Below, in pieces: positions 1 through 9,943 of a DNA stretch of 64,000 bases. The notes beneath the pieces are model-generated. The model searched no databases. It was not told the DNA's origin and worked only from the letters and a program-made list of their open reading frames with translations. Positions within the stretch are counted from its first letter, which is position 1; each line of letters opens with the position of its first letter. The translations under genes were made by a program, and so were the position numbers. This stretch comes from Eledone cirrhosa (Eukaryota), in assembly GCA_964016885.1 (NCBI GenBank), contig OZ024747.1, forward strand, positions 81,406,001-81,470,000, read 5' to 3'.

Positions 1-141
1 AAGAAAAAAAAAAGATTATATATATATATATATATATAGAGAAAATTGAGGTTGGTAATGGCACATGGAATATATAAGAGACAGAATACTTTTTTGTGAA
101 AAAACATAATTTTATAAGGTAAGGAAATAATAAAGGGTATA

Positions 142-192
142 AAAAATGACCGGTTTCGATGGGTCTGCAAAAGCCATCTTTTCAAATGTTGA
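142..192 (-). ncRNA. Minimal hammerhead ribozyme motif, U3-A8 variant (3' pLTR copy)
   Basis: Minus strand reads TTGAAAA-GATGG-loop-CCATC-GAAA-CCGG-TC. Helix III is palindromic (ACCGGT) and helix I is weak. Confidence 0.6.
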
Positions 193-579
193 TTAATATT
201 AAGAAAAATTAATAATACGAAGAGTTAAAATTTGAGACTTGAAAATTCAAGTATAAAATTCATTGTGGGATTTCATAGCAGTTTTCATCTAGGTAGCAAC
301 AACAGGTTGACTGCTGTGTCCCTTTCTGGTAGTGAATGAGAAGTTATTTGGGGTGTGGGTTATTTCAAATATATATATATATATATACATACAGACACAT
401 ATATTTTTTCCATAATATAAGAAGTTGGGGCAGTGAAATTAAAATAATTCTGTGTGCGCATATATATATAGATATACGTGTGTGCACGTGCAGGGTTTAA
501 ACCTGATTCTACAGAATTGGTCTCTGGTCTTTAATAGTAGTGATTCCGTGCGTATGTGTGTTTATATTTTATGACAATT

Positions 580-2856
580 CTATTGGGGTGATAACCCGTT
601 TAGTTTTGGTTTAAATTTGTTAAGGAATAGATTTTCTTTGTTTATTCTTTGTTGTTGTGTGAACGAATCTGAGCACTTGTAGAAGGGGAAGATTTTTAAG
701 TTGGGTAGTGTCATTCCTGCGCAGTTCGCAATATGGCTGCTCAAGGGGATTTTTCTTGTGTTAGCGTCCCGGATTTGTTGGCGGTGGATGGTCATTCTTT
801 TGCGTAATGAGGTGCCCGTCTGTCCTATGTAGTTGTGTTTGCACCCACCGCAAGTTATTGCGTAAATCAAGTTCTCCGAGTTGCAGGTGAAATTGTTTTT
901 TACTGTAAATGTTTGGCCATCTTTGAATGTAAATGTTTGTCCTTCAGTGAGGTAGAGGCACGTTCCACAGTTTGTTCTACCACATTTGGTAACTGTAGGG
1001 TTGAGGATTGGTTTGGGTATATTTGGTCCAGTGAGAATGCGTTTAAGTGATTTGGGTTGTCTTTTACTTTTAAGGATCTTGTGTGTTTCAAGAATAGACT
1101 TCATTTTTACATCTTTAAGTAGGATGGGGAGGTTTTTGTGTAGGTGATCAAACATTTCGGTATTTCTGGGGTTGAAAGTGGATACATATGGCAGGGTGTT
1201 GAGTGTGGTTTTCTGTTTTGGATTGTTAAGTTGATGGGGATTTAGGTGTTTTGCCCTGTCTATTCCATTGTTGATTATTTCAAGTGGAAAGGCTCTTAAG
1301 ATAAGGGTGTCTTTTAGTTCCTTTAGTCTTTGCTCCCGTTTAGGTGGATCTGATACTATGGTACATATACGTTTGGCCAAATTGTAAGGAATGTTAAGTT
1401 TTGTATGTTTTGGGTGACTTGATGTGAAAAAGAGGTATTGCTTGGAATCTGTGGGTTTATAGAATATATCTGTATCTAATTTCCCGTCTATTACAGAGAT
1501 GAGAATATCCAAGAAGGCTAATTCCTTAGGATTGGATTCCATTGTGAATTGTATGTTATTATCTATGTTGTTTATCATGTTTTTAAATGTAGTAAGTGAG
1601 TTCATGTCTTCTTGCCATAGGATAAAGCAGTCGTCTAGATATCTTTTCCAATTGGCTTTGAGGTGTGTGTGGAAAGAGTCTCCAAATAAGAGAAGGGACT
1701 GACTGTATATTTGTTGTTCATGGAATCCCATGACTAGGTTGGCATATGTGGGTGCTACTTTCGTGCCCATTGCCGTACCTGATACTTGTCTGTATGTTGA
1801 ACCATTGAATGTGAAGTAGTTATTTTGTAGGATAAAGCGGAGTCCGTCAGTGATAAAATCTGTGTTGATGCGTGTCGGTATTTCTGATGGGTGTGTGTTA
1901 AGCCAGTATTGGACTGCTGTTATTCCATAGTTGTGAGGTATGTTTGTGTAGAGGTTTATTACGTCAAAGGAGACAAGAATTGTATTTGCACTTACTGTTT
2001 TAGGGAGGTGTTTCAGCATGTCAAGGTCATCTCGTATGTAGCTCTGTATATGTTGTAGAAAGGGTTTCAGTAGGATGTCCAGAAAGTTGCTAAGTCTGTG
2101 GGTTTCACATGTAGGGCCTGCTATAATTGGCCTGAGTTTTAGGTCTTCTGGTGGTGTTAGTTCAATGTAATTGTTGGTTGAGGTGTCACATGCATCGTTT
2201 ATGGGTTTACATTTGTGAAGTTTCGGTAAGCCGTAAAAAGAGCTTGTATTGCATTTGAAGTGGCTTATATAGTTAAACTCTTTTGTGGTTAAGCTGTTGC
2301 GGTATTTATTCAGTAAGGTCAAAAGGTTCCCCATTGTTTTGGTGTGTTTGTAGTTTTCTGTTTTTTCATAGTATGTGTTGTTTTCTAAAATGTTAAGTGC
2401 GAGGGTCCTATAGTAGTCCATATTCATAATCACAACAGTACTGCCTTTATCGGCTTCTTTGATAGTTATCTCAGGGTTGTTTCTAAGTGTGAATAATTCT
2501 TCCCATTCGTGTGTAGATAGGTTTGATTTCGTGTGTTTATTTGTAATTGTTTCATAGGGAAAGTTGGTGATGTGTTCGCAGTACGTGTCCAGTGCTTTAT
2601 TTCTTCCCTTTTGTGGGCAGAAATTGCTTTTATTTCTAACCAGTGATTCGTCTTCAGTGTTGGTGTCGTTGTGGAAGAATTCCGTTAGTCGCAGCTTTCG
2701 GCAGTATTCCATGATGTCATCCTTCATTTCGGGGAAGTTTGGTTTACGTGGTGTAGGTGTAAATTTCAGGCCCTTACTTAAAATGTTGATTTGTGTGTTG
2801 GTTAGAGGTGTCTTTGAGAGGTTGATTATTTTTGGTTTCTCCTGAGGGGGGGCCAT
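580..2856 (-). CDS. Penelope-like reverse transcriptase + GIY-YIG endonuclease (frame open from 2913; probably reached by -1 frameshift from ORF1)
   Basis: Motifs LSKGLKF, ADKG, FYGLPKLHK, LRPII, SFDVINLYTNIP, GTAMGTKVAPTYANL, RYLDD, YKPTD, SSHP. Cys linker CGRTNCGTC, then NLIYAITCGGCKHNYIGQTG..LRKRMTIH and C-terminal PKLN. Confidence 0.96.
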   Translation of the reverse strand: MAPPQEKPKIINLSKTPLTNTQINILSKGLKFTPTPRKPNFPEMKDDIMEYCRKLRLTEFFHNDTNTEDESLVRNKSNFCPQKGRNKALDTYCEHITNFPYETITNKHTKSNLSTHEWEELFTLRNNPEITIKEADKGSTVVIMNMDYYRTLALNILENNTYYEKTENYKHTKTMGNLLTLLNKYRNSLTTKEFNYISHFKCNTSSFYGLPKLHKCKPINDACDTSTNNYIELTPPEDLKLRPIIAGPTCETHRLSNFLDILLKPFLQHIQSYIRDDLDMLKHLPKTVSANTILVSFDVINLYTNIPHNYGITAVQYWLNTHPSEIPTRINTDFITDGLRFILQNNYFTFNGSTYRQVSGTAMGTKVAPTYANLVMGFHEQQIYSQSLLLFGDSFHTHLKANWKRYLDDCFILWQEDMNSLTTFKNMINNIDNNIQFTMESNPKELAFLDILISVIDGKLDTDIFYKPTDSKQYLFFTSSHPKHTKLNIPYNLAKRICTIVSDPPKREQRLKELKDTLILRAFPLEIINNGIDRAKHLNPHQLNNPKQKTTLNTLPYVSTFNPRNTEMFDHLHKNLPILLKDVKMKSILETHKILKSKRQPKSLKRILTGPNIPKPILNPTVTKCGRTNCGTCLYLTEGQTFTFKDGQTFTVKNNFTCNSENLIYAITCGGCKHNYIGQTGTSLRKRMTIHRQQIRDANTRKIPLSSHIANCAGMTLPNLKIFPFYKCSDSFTQQQRINKENLFLNKFKPKLNGLSPQ

Positions 2857-4091
2857 CGAGTATCCTGGTATTTTAGGCTTTTCCCTAAAAAAGGAATGTA
2901 GTTTTGTGTGTGATTATATTTTGTTGGTCTGTTGCGTGTGGGTCTGTAGCTTGTTGTTTCATGAGGGTGAATGTGATGGTGGGGGTGGTATGTGTTGTGG
3001 TTGTTGATGAGCAAGGGTTCTGTTGTTGGTTCATGTGGTCTGGGTGCGTTATTTCTGTGGTACAGAGTGTTGAGGCTGGGGGGTTGTCTTTTGTTGGATT
3101 GAGGGTGATGTCTGGTGTGGTTGTGGGTAAGTTCTGTTGTGATTTCAAGTGGCCTGGGTGGATTTCTTCTGAGGAATGTGGTGTGTGTGTTGTGAGTTGG
3201 ATCTATGTTATTTCGTCGTTGGTTTATGTAGGGGGCATTTCTACGGAAACCTGTGTTGTGGTGGTTGGGTGTGTTTCTTTTGGTGTAGTTGGCCGTATTT
3301 GGTTTGTATTGGTGGGGGATGTGCCTGTGGTTAGTGTGTGTTGGGTTTGGTGGTGTAAATGTGTCTGTTGTAGTTCTTGTTATGTTCAAATGCTTTATAA
3401 AGGGGTTACCTGTTTGGTGCGTCCTTTTAAAGTCTTCTTCATATTTGAGGAACCAGTTTTCGGATTTTTCCCACCGTTTAAGGGAAATAGTTTCTGCATT
3501 CTCGCAGTCCTGTTTCCACGATTTGATTAAATTTTGTAGGGTTGTTCCCTCGGCCTTTTTAGTGCATTCTTCCTCCATATTTTTATCAGTATCCTTATAC
3601 TCTTGCTCGTTTGAGGTGGCCCTTAATTTTAGGAGTTCTATTTCCATGTTTATCCTGTTGAGTGACATTTGTTCACGGAGTTTTCTTTCTGGTTCAGGTT
3701 CGTTTGTAATATGCTTTATTTGGAATTTACGTGGTAAAACTATCGGTGTTGAGTTAATCCATTTTTGGTAAATTCCAGCTTTGTTGAGGTTTTTTATCAT
3801 ATTCCAGAAAGTGAATTTTCTGGTTTTTAGATGTTTTTTCCAGAGGTGTCCCATTTGGTTTTTGATATGGAGCAATGTCGTTTGTTCTGTGTTGGTATTC
3901 ATAAGTTTTTCGATGGAGTTGCATACGTTTTGAACGTTTAAATAAATTTGGTTGTCAGTCGGTGTGGTGGTTTGGGGTATATCCTGTTTTTTTGTCAGAA
4001 TGGTGAGTTTTCCATTTATCTCTTTTAGGATTTTCAGGATTTCCTCATTGATATTGGAGTTTGAAGTGGTGTTGTCTTGTTCCAGTGCCAT
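2826..4091 (-). CDS. PLE ORF1, 421 aa: helical/coiled-coil-like N-terminal part and His/Asn/Thr/Pro/Arg-rich low-complexity C-terminus
   Basis: Uninterrupted ORF starting just downstream of the 5' pLTR and overlapping ORF2. It shares the A/C-rich strand bias of ORF2. I recognise no catalytic motif. Confidence 0.85.
   Translation of the reverse strand: MALEQDNTTSNSNINEEILKILKEINGKLTILTKKQDIPQTTTPTDNQIYLNVQNVCNSIEKLMNTNTEQTTLLHIKNQMGHLWKKHLKTRKFTFWNMIKNLNKAGIYQKWINSTPIVLPRKFQIKHITNEPEPERKLREQMSLNRINMEIELLKLRATSNEQEYKDTDKNMEEECTKKAEGTTLQNLIKSWKQDCENAETISLKRWEKSENWFLKYEEDFKRTHQTGNPFIKHLNITRTTTDTFTPPNPTHTNHRHIPHQYKPNTANYTKRNTPNHHNTGFRRNAPYINQRRNNIDPTHNTHTTFLRRNPPRPLEITTELTHNHTRHHPQSNKRQPPSLNTLYHRNNAPRPHEPTTEPLLINNHNTYHPHHHIHPHETTSYRPTRNRPTKYNHTQNYIPFLGKSLKYQDTRWPPLRRNQK
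2886..2892 (-). promoter_or_regulatory. Slippery heptamer U_UUU_UUA, candidate -1 programmed ribosomal frameshift site
   Basis: ORF1 reads CCT TTT TTA GGG. The -1 frame continues AGG GAA AAG CCT AAA ATA CCA GGA TAC TCG ATG GCC directly into ORF2. Confidence 0.8.
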
Positions 4092-4152
4092 TTTCCGGAT
4101 TTGCGTAGGTTAGTATATATGAAAAGTGTAATTTTCTACACAAAACGAAGGT

Positions 4153-4407
4153 TATAGAGAAAATTGAGGTTGGTAATGGCACATGGAATATATAAGAGAC
4201 AGAATACTTTTTTGTGAAAAAACATAATTTTATAAGGTAAGGAAATAATAAAGGGTATAAAAAATGACCGGTTTCGATGGGTCTGCAAAAGCCATCTTTT
4301 CAAATGTTGATTAATATTAAGAAAAATTAATAATACGAAGAGTTAAAATTTGAGACTTGAAAATTCAAGTATAAAATTCATTGTGGGATTTCATAGCAGT
4401 TTTCATC
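4153..4407 (-). repeat. 5' pseudo-LTR, direct repeat of 35-289
   Basis: Reads the same as 35-289 from tatagagaaaattgagg to gttttcatc. Confidence 0.95.
4261..4310 (-). ncRNA. Minimal hammerhead ribozyme motif, U3-A8 variant (5' pLTR copy)
   Basis: Same motif as 142-192. Confidence 0.6.
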
Positions 4408-5077
4408 GTTCACACAACAACAAAGAATAAACAAAGAAAATCTATTCCTTAACAAATTTAAACCAAAACTAAACGGGTTATCACCCCAATAGAATTGTCA
4501 TAAAATATAAACACACATACGCACGGAATCACTACTATTAAAGACCAGAGACCAATTCTGTAGAATCAGGTTTAAACCCTGCACGTGCACACACGTATAT
4601 CTATATATATATGCGCACACAGAATTATTTTAATTTCACTGCCCCAACTTCTTATATTATGGAAAAAATATATGTGTCTGTATGTATATATATATATATA
4701 TATTTGAAATAACCCACACCCCAAATAACTTCTCATTCACTACCAGAAAGGGACACAGCAGTCAACCTGTTGTTGCTACCTAGATGAAAACTGCTATGAA
4801 ATCCCACAATGAATTTTATACTTGAATTTTCAAGTCTCAAATTTTAACTCTTCGTATTATTAATTTTTCTTAATATTAATCAACATTTGAAAAGATGGTT
4901 TTTGCAGACCCATCGAAACCGGTCATTTTTTATACCCTTTATTATTTCCTTACCTTATAAAATTATGTTTTTTCACAAAAAAGTATTCTGTCTCTTATAT
5001 ATTCCATGTGCCATTACCAACCTCAATTTTCTCTATAACCTTCGTTTTGTGTAGAAAATTACACTTTTCATATATAT
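4406..5077 (+). repeat. Inverted pseudo-LTR (reverse complement of 666 to 35, extended through the 4113-4152 segment)
   Basis: Direct reverse-complement comparison. There is a 2-nt TC microhomology at the 4406-4407 junction. Confidence 0.93.
4880..4930 (+). ncRNA. Minimal hammerhead ribozyme motif, U3-A8 variant (inverted pLTR copy)
   Basis: TTGAAAA 4887-4893, helix II GATGG/CCATC, GAAA 4915-4918, predicted GUC cleavage triplet ending at 4924. Confidence 0.6.
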
Positions 5078-5189
5078 ATATATATATATATTTCTCCTTC
5101 AAATGAAATAATTCTAGTCCTATAGAAGACATTTCTATATTAAATATTGTATATATAAAAATAAAATTAAAAAAAATAAAAAACACTTA

Positions 5190-5900
5190 TTAGCAAGACA
5201 TACCCTTTTCAAAGACCCCCCCCCCCCAGTATAGATAAGAAATGTATAACCTGTAAAATAAGCCCCCATATTAACTGTAAAACTAGAAATGTAGTGTATA
5301 GCATAAGATGTACTGAAGGACAATGTAGAGACAAAAATATAGTGTACATAGGTGAGACAGCTCGTAGTGTAGGGGAACGGATAAATGAACACTGGCGAGA
5401 CCTTCAAGATAGTAAAGAATCATCTGTACTCTACGAACATGCTAAAATAGAACATAAGGGTAAATTAGAGAACATAGAAATAAAAATAGAATCTACACAC
5501 AGAAAAGACGCAATGTTTAGACAAATCACAGAGGTAATAAACATAAAAGAATTACAACCAAAATTAAATAGAAAATATGAGTGGAACAGCAACATCACAA
5601 CTTACAATTAAGGACAAAATGAAAACACACACACACATAGAACAAACAACCAACCAGTAACATGTAAATAAACAAATAAATAAACGAATATAAACACACA
5701 CAGACACCCGGATGTGGCGCATGCGCAGACTGAGCACACAACACACACACAGAAACAAAATGGCATAGGGCAGAACAAAGGAGAGGCACAAAAACAAAGA
5801 AAAGAATCCCCAGTCACTGAAGAGGTCACAGAATGTGTGACGAAAGAACTTTGACAATATATAAACAACTATCTGGTTGTGGAACCAACCAACCAACCAG
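5190..5900 (+). mobile_element. 5'-truncated second Penelope-like family: GIY-YIG C-terminus plus 3' pLTR
   Basis: Frame reads CITCKISPHINCKTRNVVYSIRC..VYIGETARSVGERINEH..EH..EVINIKELQPKLNRKYEW with a stop at 5611, followed by a UTR containing a hammerhead motif. Confidence 0.88.
5813..5855 (+). ncRNA. Minimal type-I hammerhead ribozyme motif
   Basis: GTCA-CTGAAGA-G-GTCACA-gaatg-TGTGAC-GAAA-GAAC-TT-TGAC. Helix I is GTCA/TGAC, helix II has 6 bp, helix III is minimal, and there is one extra G after the core. Confidence 0.65.
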
Positions 5901-6129
5901 AAATTTATAAATTTATAAATTCCTAAATTTATAAATTTATTATAATAAATTGAAGTGAAAGCAACTGGTGCGTGTGTTTCTTATTGACAACATGACCCTC
6001 CCAAAGTATAACAATACTGTATATATTCTTTTATGTATTGAGTTCCTTAGTTACTGTGGTTATCCCCAATTGAACCTAGGACTCACACACACACGCATAT
6101 ATATATATTTATATATATAAAGTTTAACA

Positions 6130-6418
6130 GATAAAGAACCCCTTCTGTCATGAATGATCATGAGTTTACATATAGATTGCTCTCCTTCAGGGCACCACAG
6201 AAGGTGTTTTTGTAGCAGACCAGCAGTCGCCCATGTATACCTGTCTCCCCTTTCCATGTCCCTGATGTTTTCCAAGGGAAAGGCAAAGGTCAATACAGCT
6301 TGACACCACTGACATTGCAATACATTTTTACAGCTGGGTGAACTGGAGCAACATGAAATAAAGTTTCTTACCCAAGGACACAACACACTGCCCAGGAATC
6401 AAACATACAACCACAGGG

Positions 6419-6420
<2 letters not shown>
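6130..6420 (-). mobile_element. tRNA-derived SINE, family 2 (TGTGTCCTTGGGTAAGAAACTTTATTTCATGTTGCTCCAG core)
   Basis: B-box-like GTTTGATTCC on the minus strand. The core is shared with 20510-20575 and 45870-45978. Confidence 0.6.
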
Positions 6421-6487
<67 letters not shown>

Positions 6488-6488
<1 letters not shown>

Positions 6489-6676
6489 CGAAGGAGTTGT
6501 GGTAAGGAACCAGATGGACCATAATGCACCAGAGTACTCAATACTTAGGGTAGTAGAGTGGGTAATAGGAGCAAGTATGACTCCGATGGCAGAGCTCAAG
6601 CTGTTTTGACGGCTATTTCTAGTCCAGAAATAGCTTTCGAAACGGCTTGAGCTCTGCCATCGGGGTCATACTTTCT

Positions 6677-6680
<4 letters not shown>
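6488..6680 (-). mobile_element. Small hairpin element (55-bp imperfect inverted repeat + ~80-nt tail), probably PLE-derived
   Basis: Arms 6566-6620 and 6626-6680. Homologous to 37998-38198 and flanked by (TA)n. Confidence 0.75.
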
Positions 6681-6735
<55 letters not shown>

Positions 6736-6979
6736 GGTTGAATCAGTTTTAAACTAGTTAACCCACCATTCAACAGAGTACTCAATACATAGATAGGATA
6801 ATAATGTATGACTTTATTATAAAGAGTTTCAACTAGCTGTTGAATCGACAAGAGCTCAGCCATTGGACCTTGACTCTTTATGATATAAAGTATATTTATA
6901 TATACATATACTAATATATACACAAGTTCATATATATATATACAAACACAAATATGCACATATATAAACGCACACTGAA

Positions 6980-7030
<51 letters not shown>

Positions 7031-7429
7031 TATAAATACATATATGTAGACAAACAAACACATACATATCCATGTATATTTATATAGACAGCTATACATG
7101 CTATAAATATCTACACATATATAAAGAATATATGCCTCAATAAGGAGAAAGTCATACAAGAAGACTCATACTGTCATCTTATCTCTTCTTATATCTTTCT
7201 TATTTCAACTTTCTTTTCATTTATCTTTACTTTGTTTTCAAGATTTCGAATGACATACTAACTCAGTGAATTACAATTTCTTGAGCATTTCTTGTTGACT
7301 TATTTTAATTGTAATAAAGAGTGAAAACAGCAACAACAAAAACAATTACGACAATGAGAAAAACAAATAAAATTTAAAATAAAACCTCAGAAACCCTTGT
7401 AGTTTGGATTTAGATTAATTTTTGACTTA

Positions 7430-7573
7430 TTATTGTTGTTGTTATTATTATTATTATTGTTGTAGCAGCTATGATGTTTTTACCATTGCTAAAACTGTTG
7501 CGATCATTGATGATGATGATAATGGTGTGAATGATGATGATGATGGTGTTGATGTTGATGATGATGGTAGTGG

Positions 7574-7607
<34 letters not shown>

Positions 7608-7970
7608 GATGATGATGGTGATGGTAGTGGTGATGATGATGATGATAATGGTGTGAATGATGATGCTGCTGCTGGTGGTGGTGATAATGAGGAGGAGGAT
7701 GGTTGAGGTGGTTGTAGAGGTGAGGATGATGATGGTGTTGGTAATGGTGTGAACAATGATGATGATGATAATGATGATGATGGTAGTGGTAGTAGTGGTG
7801 GTGATGGTGATGATGATAATGATGATGATGATGATGATAGCAATGTTGTTGATGATGATGATGATGATGATGGTTGTGGTGTTTGCAGTGGTTGTAGTAG
7901 TGAGCATGATGGTGATAATATTGTTACTAGCTATGATGATGATGATCATGATCATGATACTGATGATGAA
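7430..7970. repeat. Compound trinucleotide low-complexity tract (GAT/GGT/GTT)n
   Basis: Visible period-3 repeat that explains the poly-I/T/D/M/S ORFs. Confidence 0.95.
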
Positions 7971-9327
7971 GCAACTGTTTATTTTATTTTACTAATTTAT
8001 TTGTTTTTACACAGAAATACAAAAAAGGAAAAAAAAAAGAGAAAAAAAGAAAACGGAAACAGAAATGGCTGCAAAATACAAATAAGTTTAATTTAATTGT
8101 CCTTTCAGAAATGTTTTACGTCAAGTATTGGAGATAAAACGGAACTTGAAGATTTTGTTGTAAATTATTTTCTTCTGCTATTTTCTCTTCAATTTCACTG
8201 TTTTATTAGTTTGTTTCACCCACTTCCTTCTCATTTCACCCACTTTATTGTCATTTTATTTTATATTTTATATATATGTATATATTTGAAATATTTTTCA
8301 TTTTATTTTATGCTTTATATATATATATATATATTTGAAATATTTTTCTTGAAATTTCTTGTAAACTTCAGCTTAACAATATATTTATTTAAATCAATTA
8401 TACCTCTCAATAAGTTGCTGACTCATACTCTAGAACAAATGGCAAATATCTCACTTTATTCTTCTGGTTTATTTGGAACTAATTATTATCTTTATTGTCA
8501 ACATCATTGTTATAATTATAATCATTGCAACAACCACTGCAGCTATTTGGAAAGAGGAAAATCAAGTAAGACATAGATTGAAGTAGTGAAAACTGACCAC
8601 AAAATACAGAATGTCACATAGGAGATGACAAAAGGATGTGACAAATGATCTAATATGTTACTGGAGAGGGCTCATCCAACTCATGAAAGCATGGAAAAGA
8701 GGATGTAAAGATAAGGATGACTCCTTTTTCCTTTATTCCTTTTATTGGCTTCTATTATTAGACAACAGCCACACTGTGGCACCACCTTAAAGGAATTTAG
8801 TGGATTATATAATCCCAGTATATATTATTATCTTAATGCCTTGATTAATAAGAGCCCCTTGTGATCTGAGTTGAAATCACACTAAAGTCAGCATCTCCTT
8901 TCATCCCTCTGGGGTTCACAAAACAACCAGTCAAGTACTGAAATTGATTTAAATGAGTAATGTATCCCCTAAATTTCTGGCCTTGTGTCTGTTTTAAAAA
9001 TCATTATTATTATTGCATTTATCTTGCTTTATGTTCATACAAGTTATCACCAAGTCACAACCAGTGACCTCAAGAGACAACAAGGTCCGCCATGTTCAAG
9101 AAAGAACATACACACACATGCATCTTTAGGTGTTTAGACTTGCTGGCCTTGTGCCAAAAGTAGAAACAATTATTATTATCATTATTATTCAACTTTTCTA
9201 GAGTCCTTTGGAGTACTAATCTGTTATTACTCTGCCATTCCATTTACAAAACTACTAAACATTCAATATAAATATTCAATCACTTTATAGAAATGATTTG
9301 TCAGTGAAACTGAATTTTCCAACTTAT

Positions 9328-9529
9328 TGCACATGTGATGCGCATGGAGGATGACCACTGGGTAAAGAAGTGCCAAAAAATCCCAGTAGAAGCACATGGG
9401 CAGAGGTGATGAGAGCAGACCTCAGATCACCGAAACTTACGGAGGAGATGATGAAGGACCGTGACAAGTGGAGAAATGTGCTGAATAGGACCTGTCCAAC
9501 CCTTGAAAGCAGGGAAAAGCAGATGTAAA

Positions 9530-9576
<47 letters not shown>
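9328..9576 (+). mobile_element. RTE LINE 3' fragment with (GAT)n tail
   Basis: HVMRMEDD...TWAEVMRADLR remnant followed by ACCCTTGAAAGCAGGGAAAAGCAGATGTAAAA(TGA)n. Homologous to the 13855 copy. Confidence 0.85.
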
Positions 9577-9577
<1 letters not shown>

Positions 9578-9696
9578 CTTGCACATGGATTCAAACATAC
9601 ATCTAGTAGGCACCTCTTAATCACTATACCCCCACCCACTTCTGTCCACACCACCCTTACTCTGTTAATTTATGTTGGTATCACAACAAAATGCAT

Positions 9697-9904
9697 CCAG
9701 CCCACATTGTAGAGTGGTTGTTTAGATGTCATGACAAAAAGCACCCAGCACACACTATAAATGTGGTTGGCATTAGGAAGGGCATCCAGCCATAGAAACC
9801 TAGCTAGAAACAGTTCTATATAGGCAAGACATGGTCACACGACCTAACTTGCTTCTAATGGGACACCCCATCTAACCCATGCTAGCATGAAAAATGGATA
9901 TTAA

Positions 9905-9942
<38 letters not shown>
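9697..9942 (+). mobile_element. RTE 3' UTR / RTE-tailed SINE fragment with (GAT)n tail
   Basis: AAAAAGCACCCAGCACAC..GGTTGGCATTAGGAAGGGCATCCAGC..ACCCATGCTAGCATG, shared with the 3' UTR at 25306-25560. Confidence 0.75.

Positions 9943-9943
<1 letters not shown>

Larger units (their letters stand above)
35..5077 (-). mobile_element. Penelope-like retroelement (EN+, Neptune-like), apparently full length, with direct and inverted pseudo-LTRs
   Basis: Two long ORFs (RT + C-terminal GIY-YIG). 35-289 is repeated directly at 4153-4407. 4406-5077 is an inverted copy of the ORF2 end, 3' UTR and pLTR. (TA)n lies at both outer ends. Confidence 0.95.

Noticed and set aside
2904-3771. Plus-strand ORFs of 208 and 160 aa
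   Set aside because: Antisense shadows of PLE ORF1 caused by strand compositional bias.
7410-8096. ORFs rich in I/T, D/G, M or S
   Set aside because: They are translations of a trinucleotide low-complexity tract, open in several frames, with no supported splice context.
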